Assembly: GCA_963746875.1 (NCBI GenBank)
Contig: CAVVDA010000005.1
Coordinates: 80,390-144,389, forward strand
Length of the DNA: 64,000 nt
From: Thermoanaerobaculia bacterium
GTDB lineage: Bacteria; Acidobacteriota; Thermoanaerobaculia; UBA5066
Direction of reading: 5' to 3'
How positions within the stretch are numbered: the first letter of the stretch is position 1; every line of letters begins with the position of its first letter. This document shows positions 28,737 through 39,126 of this stretch, in pieces. The notes under the pieces are model-generated. The model ran no database searches and was not told the origin of the DNA. It worked only from the letters and a program-made list of their open reading frames with translations. The position numbers were made by a program, and so were the translations under genes.

Positions 28737-29609
28737 CTATTTCGATCCCGGACGCTTTCCGGCGAGGTGGGTGATCACCCACGAGAAGTCTTCCGCGCCG
28801 AATCCCGCCGCCGTGGCCCCGCGGAGGTCCTCGTGAGCGCCGGAGACGACCGGCAGGTCGCCCCCGGCCGCCTCCAGAGCGAGACGCAGGTCCTTTTCCA
28901 TGAGCGCGAGGCCGAACTGCGGCGGCTTTCCGCCGCTTTCGAGGAACGCCACCTTTCGCTGGACGTACGGCGGACGTGGACGGAGCCGCGAGGAGCCATG
29001 CCATGACGCGCTCTTCGCGGCAGGCCCAGCCTCGCGGCGAGGCCGAGGGCTTCGCCGAATGTGGCGAGTGCGACGCCGAACGTCAGGTTGTTCACGAGCT
29101 TCATCGCCGAGCCCTGTCCCACGCCGCCGAAGTGGAGAGTCTCCACGCTCACGGCGTCGAGGACCTCTTTCGCCCTCGCGAGGACCGCTTCGTCGCCTCC
29201 CGCGAGGAGCTTCAGCGTGCCGTCGGCCGCGGGCTTGACGCTTCCGGCGACGGGCACGTCGCAGAAGTCGGCGCCCTTCTCACGCGCGCGCTCCGCCGCG
29301 CGGCGCGACGCCGCGGGCGTCACCGTGGAGAAGTCGAGCCAGATCTTTCCGGTGGAGAGGCCGGCGACGAGGCCGTCCGGCCCGTCCGCGACGGCCTCGA
29401 GCGCCGCGGGGTCGGAGAGCATCGTGCAGACGACGTCGGCGGCGGCCGCCGCTTCGCGCGGGCTCGTCGCGACGGATGCGCCGCGCCTCGATCGCGCGAG
29501 CGCGCTCGGCGTGGCGGTTCCAGACGGTCAGGGGAAAGCCGGCGTGGAGAATCCGGCGCGCCATGGGGGCGCCCATCGCGCCGAGGCCGAGGAAGGCGAC
29601 GCGTGTCAT
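28737..29609 (-). CDS. 3-hydroxyisobutyrate dehydrogenase-family NAD(P)-dependent oxidoreductase; at least 3 frameshifts
   Basis: ORF 29280..29609 (MTRVAFLGLGAMGAPMARR). ORF 28775..29422 (DFSTVTPAASRRAAERAREKGADFCDVPVAGS, GQGSAMKLVNN). ORF 28737..28952 (MEKDLRLALEAA). Confidence 0.7.
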
Positions 29610-29615
29610 GCGCGC

Positions 29616-29625
29616 ATCTTAAGAT
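29616..29625. promoter_or_regulatory. Perfect 10-bp palindrome ATCTTAAGAT giving a TAAGAT -10-like box on both strands
   Basis: The whole divergent intergenic spacer is only 24 bp. On plus, TAAGAT is 8 nt before ATG 29634. On minus, TAAGAT is 6 nt before ATG 29609. Confidence 0.4.
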
Positions 29626-29633
29626 CCTCCGCC

Positions 29634-31038
29634 ATGGAACGCCGCGAACTCTCCGCCCAGGAGCTCGCGGCTCTCGTCCGCGATCGTGGGAGCGCCGCAC
29701 CTCCTCGTGGCGAGGGACGACCTGCAGCCGTACGCGCACGACTGGACGGAGGACTTCGTCTTCTATCCCGCGGCGGCGCGCGAAGCCGAGGACGACGGAC
29801 GAGGTCTCGCGCCTCCTCGCGTTCTGCAACGAGCGCCGCATCCCGGTCACGCCGCAGGGCGGGCGCACGTGCCTGTCGGGCGGGGCGCTGCCGTCTGGCC
29901 GGCGGCCTCGCGCTGTCTCTCGAGCGCATGAACGCCATCCTCGAGATCGACACCGACAACTTCGTGGCCGTCGCCGAGGCGGGCGTCGTGACGCAGACGC
30001 TCCACGAGGCCGTCGAGGCGAAGGGGCTGTACTACCCGCCCGACCCGGCTTCGCGCGGCTCCTGCATGATCGGCGGCAACGTCGCCGAGAACGCGGGCGG
30101 GCCGCACGCGGCCAAGTACGGCGTCACGGGCCGCTGGGTGATGGGCCTCGAGGCGGTGTTCGCGGACGGAGGCGTCGCCGTCACGGGCGGCAAGACGCGC
30201 AAGGACGTGGCGGGCTACGACCTCACGTCGCTCCTTCTCGGGAGCGAAGGCACGCTCGGCGTCGTCACGAAGGCCTGGCTGCGCCTCATCCCGAAGCCGC
30301 CGTTCTGGGCGACGCTCGTCGCGCCTTTCCCGACGCTGGAGGACGCGGCGCGCTGCGTCCTCGAGCTGCACCGGCGCGGCCTCGTGCCTCTCGGCCTGCG
30401 AGTTCGTGGACAAGCCGTCCATCGATCTCTCGTCGAGGAAGAAGGGCGTCGGCGTGCCGTTTCCCGAGGCCGAGGCGCGCCTCCTCCTCGAGTTCGACGG
30501 CCCGTCCGAGGCGGAGGTGGAGCGGGACGTGACGCTCGCGGGCGAGATCGCGCTCGAGTGCGCGGCGCTGGACGTCGTCCTCGCGACGGACGAGGCGAAG
30601 CGGCGCGTCCTCTGGGACGTGCGCCGCGGCATCGCCGAGGCGGTCCACGAGCTGGGAGTCTCGGCCGAGCTCGACCTCGCCGTGCCGCGCACCGAGCTCG
30701 TTCCGCTCGTGGCGGCGATCCGCCGCATCTCGGGCGCGGCGGGCCTGAAGTCCCTCGCGTTCGGGCACGCGGCCGACGGCAACCTCCACGTCCACCTCTG
30801 GCGCGAGGGGAAGGACCCGGTCGCGACGGCCTCTCTTCGAGAAGACGGCGACCGAGATCTATGCCGAGACCGTCCGCCTCGGCGGCACGGTGACGGGGGA
30901 GCACGGCGTCGGCATCACGTCGAGGGACGTCCTTTCCCTGTACCGCCCGCCCGCGTTCCTCGCCGCGATGCGCGCGATCAAGCAGGCCCTCGATCCGAAC
31001 GGCATCCTGAACCCGGGGAAGGTGATCCCCGCGCCGGG

Positions 31039-31042
<4 letters not shown>
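29634..31042 (+). CDS. FAD-linked oxidase (GlcD / D-lactate dehydrogenase family); at least 5 frameshifts
   Basis: Pieces lie in ORFs 29061..30893, 29686..29931, 28976..30532 and 30406..31902. Recognisable stretches are PRTTDEVSRLLAFCNERRIPVTPQGGRTCLSGGA, MNAILEIDTDNFVAVAEAGVV, GGNVAENAGGPHAAKYG, DLTSLLLGSEGTLGVVT, FGHAADGNLHV, and the tail GEHGVGITSRDVL...LNPGKVIPAPG ending with TGA at 31040-31042. Confidence 0.75.
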
Positions 31043-32274
<1,232 letters not shown>

Positions 32275-32300
32275 GCGCGGGCTCCGGCCGCTGCCTCCGC

Positions 32301-32306
32301 TACACT
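32301..32306 (+). promoter_or_regulatory. -10-like TACACT, 6 nt upstream of gatB ATG (leaderless candidate)
   Basis: Sequence is TACACT-cgcgcg-ATG 32313, with no SD. Confidence 0.3.
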
Positions 32307-32312
32307 CGCGCG

Positions 32313-33776
32313 ATGCCGATTTCCGACTTCGAGCCCGTGATCGGGCTCGAGGTGCACTGCCAGCTCAAGACGAAGAGCAAGGCGTTCTGCGCGTGTCCCG
32401 TCGTGTTCGGCGCGCCGCCGAACACCGCCGTCTGCCCCGTGTGCCTCGGCTATCCGGGCGTCCTGCCGGCCGTGAATCGCGAGATGGTGACGCTCGCGAT
32501 GCGCGTCGCCCTGGCGACCGGCTGCACGATCGAGGAGAGGTCGGTCTTCGCGCGGAAGAACTACTTCTACCCGGACCTCCCGAAGGGCTACCAGATCTCG
32601 CAGTACGCGAGGCCGCTCGCGACGCGGCGGCGCGGTCGCCCTCGCTGGCGGACGGCGACGCCGAAGAGCGTGCGGCTCAACCGCGTTCACCTCGAGGAGG
32701 ACGCCGGCAAGTCGATGCACGACTTCCCGTGGGAGGACGTGCCCACGGGGGTGTCGCTCGTGGACCTGAACCGCGCCGGCACGCCGCTCATCGAGATCGT
32801 GTCCGAGCCGGACCTCTCCTCGGCCGACGAGGCGTACGAATACCTCGTCCTCCTGCGCCGCCTCGTGCGCTGGGTGGATGCCTCGGACGGCAACATGGAG
32901 GAGGGCTCGCTCAGGTGCGACGCGAACGTCTCCGTGCGGAAGAAGGGCGCGGAGGCGCTCGGCACGAAGGTGGAGATCAAGAACCTGAACTCCTTCCAGC
33001 ACGTGAAGAAGGCGATCGAGCACGAGGTCGAGCGGCAGGTCCCGGCTCTCGAGGCGGGTCAGACCCTCGTGCAGGAGACGCGCCTCTACGAGCCCGCGAC
33101 GGGCGCGACGAAGACGATGCGGAGCAAGGAAGAGTCGATGGACTATCGCTATTTCCCGGACCCCGACCTCGGCACCCTCGTCGTCGACGCGGCGTGGAAG
33201 GCGGACGTCGCCGCGGCGATGCCGGAGCTTCCGCAGGCGCGGGCCGCGCGCCTCGCGAGCGCGTTCGGCCTCCCGGCCGCGGACGCGGACCTCGTGTGCC
33301 TGTCGCGTCCCCTCGCGGATTTCTACGAGGCCGCCGTCGCGGCGTATCCGAAGAATCCGAAGGCGCTCGCGAACTGGCTCCTCTCCGAGCTCCTCGCGAG
33401 GATGTCCGACGCGGACCGCCACGCGGGGCGCATGCCCGTCGCGCCCGAAACGCTCGCGGCTCTCGTCCGGCGCATCGACGACGGGACGATCTCGGGAAAG
33501 ATCGCGAAGGAGCTGCTCCCCGATCTCATCGCGAGCGGCCGGCCGGTCGACGAGCTCGTGAAGGAGAAGGGGCTCGTCCAGATCAGCGACGAGGGGCCGA
33601 TCCGGGACGTCGTCGCGGGGGTTCTCGCGGATCATCCGCAACAGGTCGCGACGTATCGCGGCGGCAAGACGGCCTCGTTCGGCTGGTTCGTCGGCCAGGT
33701 CATGAGAGCGACGGGCGGCAAGGCGAACCCGGAAGTCGTCAACCGCCTCCTCAGGGAAGCCCTGGACCGCCGGTGA
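32313..33776 (+). CDS. gatB: Asp/Glu-tRNA(Asn/Gln) amidotransferase subunit B; compensating indels near 32600-32670
   Basis: ORF 31899..33776 read from ATG 32313. FEPVIGLEVHCQLKT, CPVCLGYPGVLP, RKNYFYPDLPKGYQISQ, NRVHLEEDAGKS, DLNRAGTPLIEIVSEPD, MDYRYFPDPDL. A garbled ~20 aa stretch (ATRRRGRPRWRTATPKS) marks paired frameshifts. Confidence 0.9.
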   Translation: MPISDFEPVIGLEVHCQLKTKSKAFCACPVVFGAPPNTAVCPVCLGYPGVLPAVNREMVTLAMRVALATGCTIEERSVFARKNYFYPDLPKGYQISQYARPLATRRRGRPRWRTATPKSVRLNRVHLEEDAGKSMHDFPWEDVPTGVSLVDLNRAGTPLIEIVSEPDLSSADEAYEYLVLLRRLVRWVDASDGNMEEGSLRCDANVSVRKKGAEALGTKVEIKNLNSFQHVKKAIEHEVERQVPALEAGQTLVQETRLYEPATGATKTMRSKEESMDYRYFPDPDLGTLVVDAAWKADVAAAMPELPQARAARLASAFGLPAADADLVCLSRPLADFYEAAVAAYPKNPKALANWLLSELLARMSDADRHAGRMPVAPETLAALVRRIDDGTISGKIAKELLPDLIASGRPVDELVKEKGLVQISDEGPIRDVVAGVLADHPQQVATYRGGKTASFGWFVGQVMRATGGKANPEVVNRLLREALDRR

Positions 33777-33788
33777 CATGATCTCTTC

Positions 33789-34514
33789 GTGATCGAGTTC
33801 TACCGCGTCACCAAGGAATATCAGGGCCGCAGAGTCCTCCGCGACGTGACGTTCAAGACGAAGAAGGGCGAGTTCCTGTTCCTGACGGGTCCGTCGGGCG
33901 CCGGCAAGTCGACGCTCTTGAAACTCATCTTCCACGGCGAGAAGCCCACCGAGGGCCAGATCATCGTCAACGGGATGAACGTGAGCGGCATGCCGGCCTC
34001 GCGCGTCCCGGCTCTCCGCCGCTCGATGGGAATCGTCTTCCAGGACTACAAGCTCCTGCCGGCGCGGACCGTTCTCGACAACGTGACGTACGTGCAGAAG
34101 TTTCTCGGCGTGCCCGCGGCCGAGCGCCGGCGCCGCGCCTACCAGACGCTGCGCCTCGTGGAGCTTCACCACCGCCTGGCCGCGCTTCCCGAGGAGCTTT
34201 CCGGCGGCGAGCAGCAGCGCGTCGCCCTCGCGCGCGCGCTCGTGAACGAGCCGGTGCTCCTCGTCGCCGACGAGCCCACGGGCAACCTCGACCATCGCCT
34301 CGCCGGCGAGGTCATGAAGCTGCTGCAGGACATCAGCGTGCGCGGAACGACGGTTCTCGTCGCCACGCACGACCAGGAGCTCGTCAAGGCCGCTGGGCGC
34401 CGCTGCCTGACGCTCGATCGCGGGCGCGTCGTGGAAGGCCTCGTCGAGGCGGCCCTGCCGCCCCAGGCCCTGGCGAAGCGGCCCGACCCGGGACACGTGG
34501 AGCCCGCCCCGTGA
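33789..34514 (+). CDS. ftsE: Cell-division ABC transporter ATP-binding protein
   Basis: Intact ORF 33789..34514. Walker A GPSGAGKST, signature LSGGEQQRVALARAL, Walker B LLVADEPTGNLD. Followed by ftsX with a GTGA overlap. Confidence 0.9.
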   Translation: MIEFYRVTKEYQGRRVLRDVTFKTKKGEFLFLTGPSGAGKSTLLKLIFHGEKPTEGQIIVNGMNVSGMPASRVPALRRSMGIVFQDYKLLPARTVLDNVTYVQKFLGVPAAERRRRAYQTLRLVELHHRLAALPEELSGGEQQRVALARALVNEPVLLVADEPTGNLDHRLAGEVMKLLQDISVRGTTVLVATHDQELVKAAGRRCLTLDRGRVVEGLVEAALPPQALAKRPDPGHVEPAP

Positions 34515-35415
34515 ATCGGCCGGCGGCGCTCGCCGCGCTCGTTTCGGAAGCGTTCGAAGGCCTCGCCCGCGCCCGGCGCATGACGAGCCTCTCCGTGGCG
34601 CTCATCGCGATCTCGATCGGCCTCGTCGGGGCGTTCTTCCTCGTGGCCGAGAACCTGAAGAGCCTCGTCGAGACGGTGCGCGACGAGTCGGCCGTGACCG
34701 TCTTCCTCAAGTCCTCGGCGACGGAAGCCGACCGCGACGACCTCGAGCGCCTCGCGAAGGCGACTCGCCTCGTCGCGCGGATGCGCCGCGTCTCGCCCGA
34801 CGAGGCGCGCGCGCGCTTCTCGACGTGGTGGAAATCGCTCGGGCCGGCGGCGCGCTCCCTGCCGGGAAATCCGTTTCCGGCCTCTCTCGAGATGGAGCTC
34901 GACCCTCGGCCGTCACTTCCGCCGCGCTTCCGCCGTTCCTCGAGCTGCTCGCGTCCCACCGCGCCGTCGAGGAGGTGCAGTTCGACGTCGAGTGGATCCG
35001 CCGCCTGCGCGGGGCCGTCTCCCTCGCGCGCCTGACGGGGCTCGTCCTCGCGGTCTTCCTGACGCTCGGGGCGGCGTTCACGATCGCGAACGTCGTGCGG
35101 CTGACGATCCTCCTTCACCGCGACGAGATCGAGATCCTGCGCCTCGTGGGAGCGCCGGAATTCCTGATCCGCGGCCCGTACCTGCTCGGAGGCCTCGTGC
35201 AGGGGATTCTCGGCGCGCTCGTCGCGCTCGCGCTCCTGTGGGTCGCCACGCGCGCGGTCCTCGCCTGGGTGGCGGCGACGAAGAACGCGCTGCTCGGCGT
35301 CTTCGCCGTGCGCTTTCTCCCCGCGTCGGCGTGCCTGCTTCTCGTCACGTTCGGCCTCGCGGCCGGGCTGCTCGGAGGCTTGCTCGCGGTGCGGCGGCGA
35401 AACCTCGCGGGCTGA
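34511..35415 (+). CDS. ftsX: Cell-division ABC transporter permease; frameshift near 34900
   Basis: ORF 34511..35035 (LARARRMTSLSVALIAISIGLVGAFFLV, periplasmic domain). ORF 34825..35415 (EIEILRLVGAPEFLIRGPYLLGGLVQG and three TM helices). Confidence 0.85.
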
Positions 35416-35420
35416 GCGCG

Positions 35421-35426
35421 TAAGAT
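35421..35426 (+). promoter_or_regulatory. -10-like TAAGAT, 7 nt upstream of ATG 35434 (leaderless candidate)
   Basis: Sequence is TAAGAT-tctcccg-ATG, with no SD. Confidence 0.35.
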
Positions 35427-35433
35427 TCTCCCG

Positions 35434-36039
35434 ATGAGTGCTGGACGAACGGTACGGCCGGACTCCGTGGAGGACGCGCTGAGGACCAGCGCGGCGCTCG
35501 ACGTGCGTTTTCACGATCTGAAGGGAGACGCCGTGGTCACCAGCAAGGACCGCGCCTTTCGTGAGCTCTTTCGAATCCTCGAGGCGAGCGGGCTCGACTA
35601 CGCGCTGATTGGCGGCGTCGCCGTGCAGCTCTGGCGCAGCGAGCCGCGGACGACCCTCGACATCGACGTCGCCGTGAGGAGCTATGAGAGCGTTCCGCGA
35701 GCCGCACTCGAAGCGGCGGGGTTTCGGATGCTCGCGAGGCATTCACACTCCGAGAACTGGACCGGCCCCGGAGAGACTCCGGTGCAGTTCAGTGACGACC
35801 CCGCCTTCGCGTCCCTCCTCGAATCCGCCGCCCGTAAGAGCTTCGAAGGCGGCCATGTTCGAATCGCAAGTCCCTCTGCGCTCGTGAAGGAAAAGCTGCG
35901 GGCCGCCTCCGACCCGACGCGGCGCGAATCCAAGCGCTTCCAGGATCTGACGGACGCGAAGTCTCTCGCTGAGGACCACCCCGAGGTCGAAGGGACGTTG
36001 ACGCCCGCCGAACGGGCTCTTCTCGCACGAACTCTTTAG
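35434..36039 (+). CDS. Nucleotidyltransferase-fold protein (AbiEii/DUF-like minimal NTase family), lower GC than its surroundings
   Basis: Intact ORF 35434..36039. YALIGGVAVQLWRSEPRTTLDIDVAV fits the hGG...R.T.DiD nucleotidyltransferase motif. Codon third positions are visibly less G/C-rich than in neighbouring genes. Confidence 0.45.
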   Translation: MSAGRTVRPDSVEDALRTSAALDVRFHDLKGDAVVTSKDRAFRELFRILEASGLDYALIGGVAVQLWRSEPRTTLDIDVAVRSYESVPRAALEAAGFRMLARHSHSENWTGPGETPVQFSDDPAFASLLESAARKSFEGGHVRIASPSALVKEKLRAASDPTRRESKRFQDLTDAKSLAEDHPEVEGTLTPAERALLARTL

Positions 36040-36070
36040 CGTGCCCCCGGATGCCCTGCGGAGGTTCCAA

Positions 36071-36346
36071 ATGTGTCGGAACATCAAGACGCTCTTCAAC
36101 TTCGAGCCCCCGGCGACCGAGGAGGAGATCCGGGCGTCCTCCTTGCAGTTCGTGAGGAAGCTCAGCGGGTTCACGAAGCCCTCGAAGGCGAATGAAGAGG
36201 CGTTCGAGCGCGCGATCGATCAGGTGGCCGAGGCCGCGCGCACGCTCATCTCGTCGCTGATCACGACCGCGGACCCCAGGGACCGCGAGGTCGAGGCCAG
36301 GAGAGCCCGGGCGAAAGCGGCCGCGCGATTCGGTCAGGCGAGGTAG
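36071..36346 (+). CDS. DUF2277-family small protein
   Basis: ORF 36041..36346 read from ATG 36071. MCRNIKTLFNFEPPATEEEIRASSLQFVRKLSGFTKPSKANEEAFERAI matches my memory of DUF2277 N-termini (MCRNIKTL.NFEPPAT). Confidence 0.6.
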   Translation: MCRNIKTLFNFEPPATEEEIRASSLQFVRKLSGFTKPSKANEEAFERAIDQVAEAARTLISSLITTADPRDREVEARRARAKAAARFGQAR

Positions 36347-36372
36347 GGCGGCCTGCGCGCCACGCTCGGTCC

Positions 36373-37541
36373 CTACACGCCCCGGTGCCCTGCGAGAAGC
36401 GCCTCGGGCTCCTCGGGCGGCGCCGGGATCGGGAGTGCGCTCGCCGAGGAGCGCGGCCCACGGCGCGAAGCGCTCGAAGCGCTCGGTCACGACCTTGATC
36501 GTCGCCGTGAGCGGAACCGCGAGGATCGCGCCCGGGACGCCCCACAGGATGCCCCAGAACAGGAACGCGAACAGGACGGCGAGAGGGTGGAGCCGCACGC
36601 GGCTGCCCACGATGAAGGGCGTCAGGACGTTGCCCTCGAGGAACTGCACGATCGCATAGAAGACGAGGACCTTCACGGGCAGCGCCGCGTCGTTCGAGGC
36701 GAGGAGCGAGACGAGAAAGGCGGGCGTCGTCGAAACGATGACGCCGACGTAGGGCACGAGAACGCACACGCCCGCGAGCGGCCCGAGAACGTAGCCGTAC
36801 GGCACGCGCAGCACGAGCAGGCCGGCCGTGGTGATGCAGGCCGTGATCAGGACGACGAAGAGCTCCCCGAGGACGTAGCCGGAGAGGACTCGCGCGACGC
36901 CGACGGCGAAGTCCTGGGCGGCGCGGCCTCCCTTGATGCGCAGGATCTTCACGACCGCCCCGCCGTACCTCTCGCGGTCCTTGAGCATGAAGAACGAGAG
37001 CATCGGGACCGCGGCCGTGTAGAGGAGCAGGGAGAGGATGGTCTTGACCTGAAGCGCGACCCTCGACAGCGAGTCGAACGCGTCCGACTCGAGCCGCACG
37101 GAGCGGGTGGTCCGATCGCCTTCGGGCAGGAGCGAGCGCGTGCGCTCCTCGAGCTGCGCGAACACGCCCTGCGCCTTCGAGGTGAAAGCCCGGATCCGCG
37201 TCTCGTACGATGGGCAGATCGCGGGTGAAGGCCTCGATCTGCGACATCGCGTTGATGACGAAAAAGACGACGAGCGCCGAGAGAAGCACGATGACCGTGA
37301 GGACGGCCAGAGAGCGCGGGAAGCGGATCTTCTCGAGGAGGGCGACGAACGGCTGGAGCGCGAAGGAGAGGAAGAGGGCGAAGAAGAACATGACGAACAG
37401 GACCTTCCCCGCCCAGAGCATTCCCACGAGGGCGGCGGTCGCGAGCACGACGAGCGCGCGCGAACGGAACACGCCCGCGGCGGGGCCTGTCCCCGTGGAG
37501 AACGTTCCGGTCGAGAAGAGTCCGCTCGAGCCCGAATCCAC
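36373..37541 (-). CDS. AI-2E family transporter (PerM/YhhT, UPF0118); frameshifts near 37190 and 36410
   Basis: ORF 36261..37541 N-terminus (TM helices LVVLATAALVGMLWAG, FFFALFLSFALQPFVALL). ORF 35789..37165 (YVLGELFVVLITACITTAGLLVL, YAIVQFLEGNVLTPFIVGSRVRLHP, GILWGVPGAILAVPL). Tail EEPEALLAGHRGV, stop near 36373. Confidence 0.75.
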
Positions 37542-37583
37542 GGCGGCGTCAGTCTAACGCCGCCGCGGACGAAACTCCTCGGA

Positions 37584-38977
37584 TCAGGGGAACGTGACGG
37601 TCACGACGGCGCGCCGGTTGCGCGTCGCGTCGGGCGAATCGCCGTCTCCCTTGACCTCGCTCGTGATGCGCGAGCCGTCGATGCCGTGACGTTTCATGAG
37701 GTAGTCGCGGGCCGCTTCGGCGCGGGCCCTGGCGAGCGCGGCGTGGTCCCCGCCCTTCTCCTTCGGGTCGGTGGAGGCCGAGATCGTGCACGTCGCGGCG
37801 AGGTTGTTCTTCAGGCGGAGGGCGACGCCGTCCAGGATGGCCTTCGCGATGTTCGTGAGGCGGCTCTTGGCGGCGTCGAAGAGGATCTCGTCGGTCGTCG
37901 AGGTGGAAGGCCGGGCCGCGGGCGCGGTGATCGGCAGGCTCGACCGGGGGGGCCGCGACCGGCGCGGGAGGGGGCGGCGGCGGCGGCACGGGTTCGGTGA
38001 CGGGCGGAGCGGGCTCGGCTTCGCGGGGCAGGGCGGCGCGCGGCCGCTCGACGGCCGGAGCGGACGGATGGTAGGCGACCTGAACGAGGCCGCCGATGTT
38101 CGAGGGCGTGCTTCCGTATTTCGCCCAGCGGTCGATGTTCACGCGCACGGCGCCGGACGCCGTGAAGGCTCCGAATGCGATTCGACCTCCGACGCGTCGC
38201 CTCGGAGAAGTCCGGCGGCTGCGTGTCGCCGCCGTCGTAATGGACGCGGTTGATCTCGCCGATCAGCTTGAAGAACCCCGGAATCAGGGGAACGGCGACG
38301 CCGACGGCGTTCGTCCACGTGTTCGAGAGGTCGTAGCCGACGGGTCCGGCGTTCTGAGACGGCGTGGGCGTGCCGACGTCTCCGTTGAGCTGGTAGGCCG
38401 TCTGGAACGTCACCCAGCCGAACGTGAACGAGAGGCCGAAGTCGTAGTCCGCGCGGGATCGTGCCGATCGCGTTCGCGTCGTTGCTGGACTGGGTCGGAA
38501 TCCAGATGCCGCCGAAGAGCGCGACGAGGACCGGATCCCTCGAGTTGAGGCGGATCTTCGTTCCGAAGCGGACCTTGTCCGTCTCGCGTGTGCGTGAATT
38601 CGCCGAAACGATAGTGCCCGTTGATGAGACCCTGCCAGTTGAAGTCGGACGCGTTGTAGCGGTTGGCGCCCGTGCTCACGATCGACCTCCCAGTTCGACA
38701 TGAGGCCGTAGGCGACGGAACCCCCGAACCGCTGGAGGTCGTAGCGGAGAGGGTCGTCCGGAAGCGGGGCCGTGTGCGGAACGGGCGCGGCCGTCCGGTT
38801 CCACAGTCCCCAGGACAAGCCGAGAGAGAAGCGCCCCTGAGGCAGCATGTCGGCGGTGATGATCTGGAAGAGGCCCGTCTCGCCCGTGACCGTGGGAGCC
38901 ACCTGTGCCGCGAGGGGAGCCGCGAGCACCAGGCATGCGATCGCGCCGAGGAGGAGTCGGGTCCGCATCCGTCGCAT
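37584..38977 (-). CDS. Outer-membrane protein: N-terminal beta-barrel, Pro-rich linker, C-terminal OmpA domain; several frameshifts
   Basis: AAAGGAGA SD plus ATG 38977 (MRRMRTRLLLGAIACLVLAAPLAAQ, ORF 37811..39106). Barrel-like strands (DYDFGLSFTFGWVTFQTAYQLNG). PPPPPPPAPV linker (ORF 37549..38148). OmpA-like tail FDAAKSRLTNIAKAILDGVALRL and RNRRAVVTVTFP, stop at 37584. Confidence 0.7.
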
Positions 38978-39077
38978 CGAATCTCCTTTGGTCCGCTCTG
39001 GCCGCAGCGGCTCGTTCTGGCCAGGGCGGGAAAAGTGCCTCGAGTCGTTGTCCAAAAAAGACAGGAATCGCTGAGAG

Positions 39078-39083
39078 ATTCTA
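39078..39083 (-). promoter_or_regulatory. Candidate -10 hexamer TAGAAT (minus strand) upstream of the OmpA-family gene
   Basis: Plus-strand ATTCTA at 39078-39083. About 100-nt leader with an AAAGGAGA SD before ATG 38977. Confidence 0.3.
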
Positions 39084-39126
39084 GCGCGTCCCCCGCCGGG
39101 AGGCAAACGAAGTCAAGGAGTTACGC

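Noticed and set aside
29610-29624. A 3-codon upstream mini-ORF (ATG CGC GCA TGA) overlapping the HIBADH-like start, with GGAGG 8 nt upstream
   Set aside because: It could equally be the true start displaced by a 1-nt indel (MRAMTRVAF...). It also conflicts with the leaderless reading of the palindrome. This cannot be resolved without corrected sequence, so I do not call it a feature.
39000-39126. Rho-independent terminator after the DUF4388 gene (GAATC-N7-GATTC followed by CTGTCTTTTTTGG)
   Set aside because: The stem is only 5 bp and A/T-rich. That is too weak to call, and the T-run may just be part of the OmpA promoter region.
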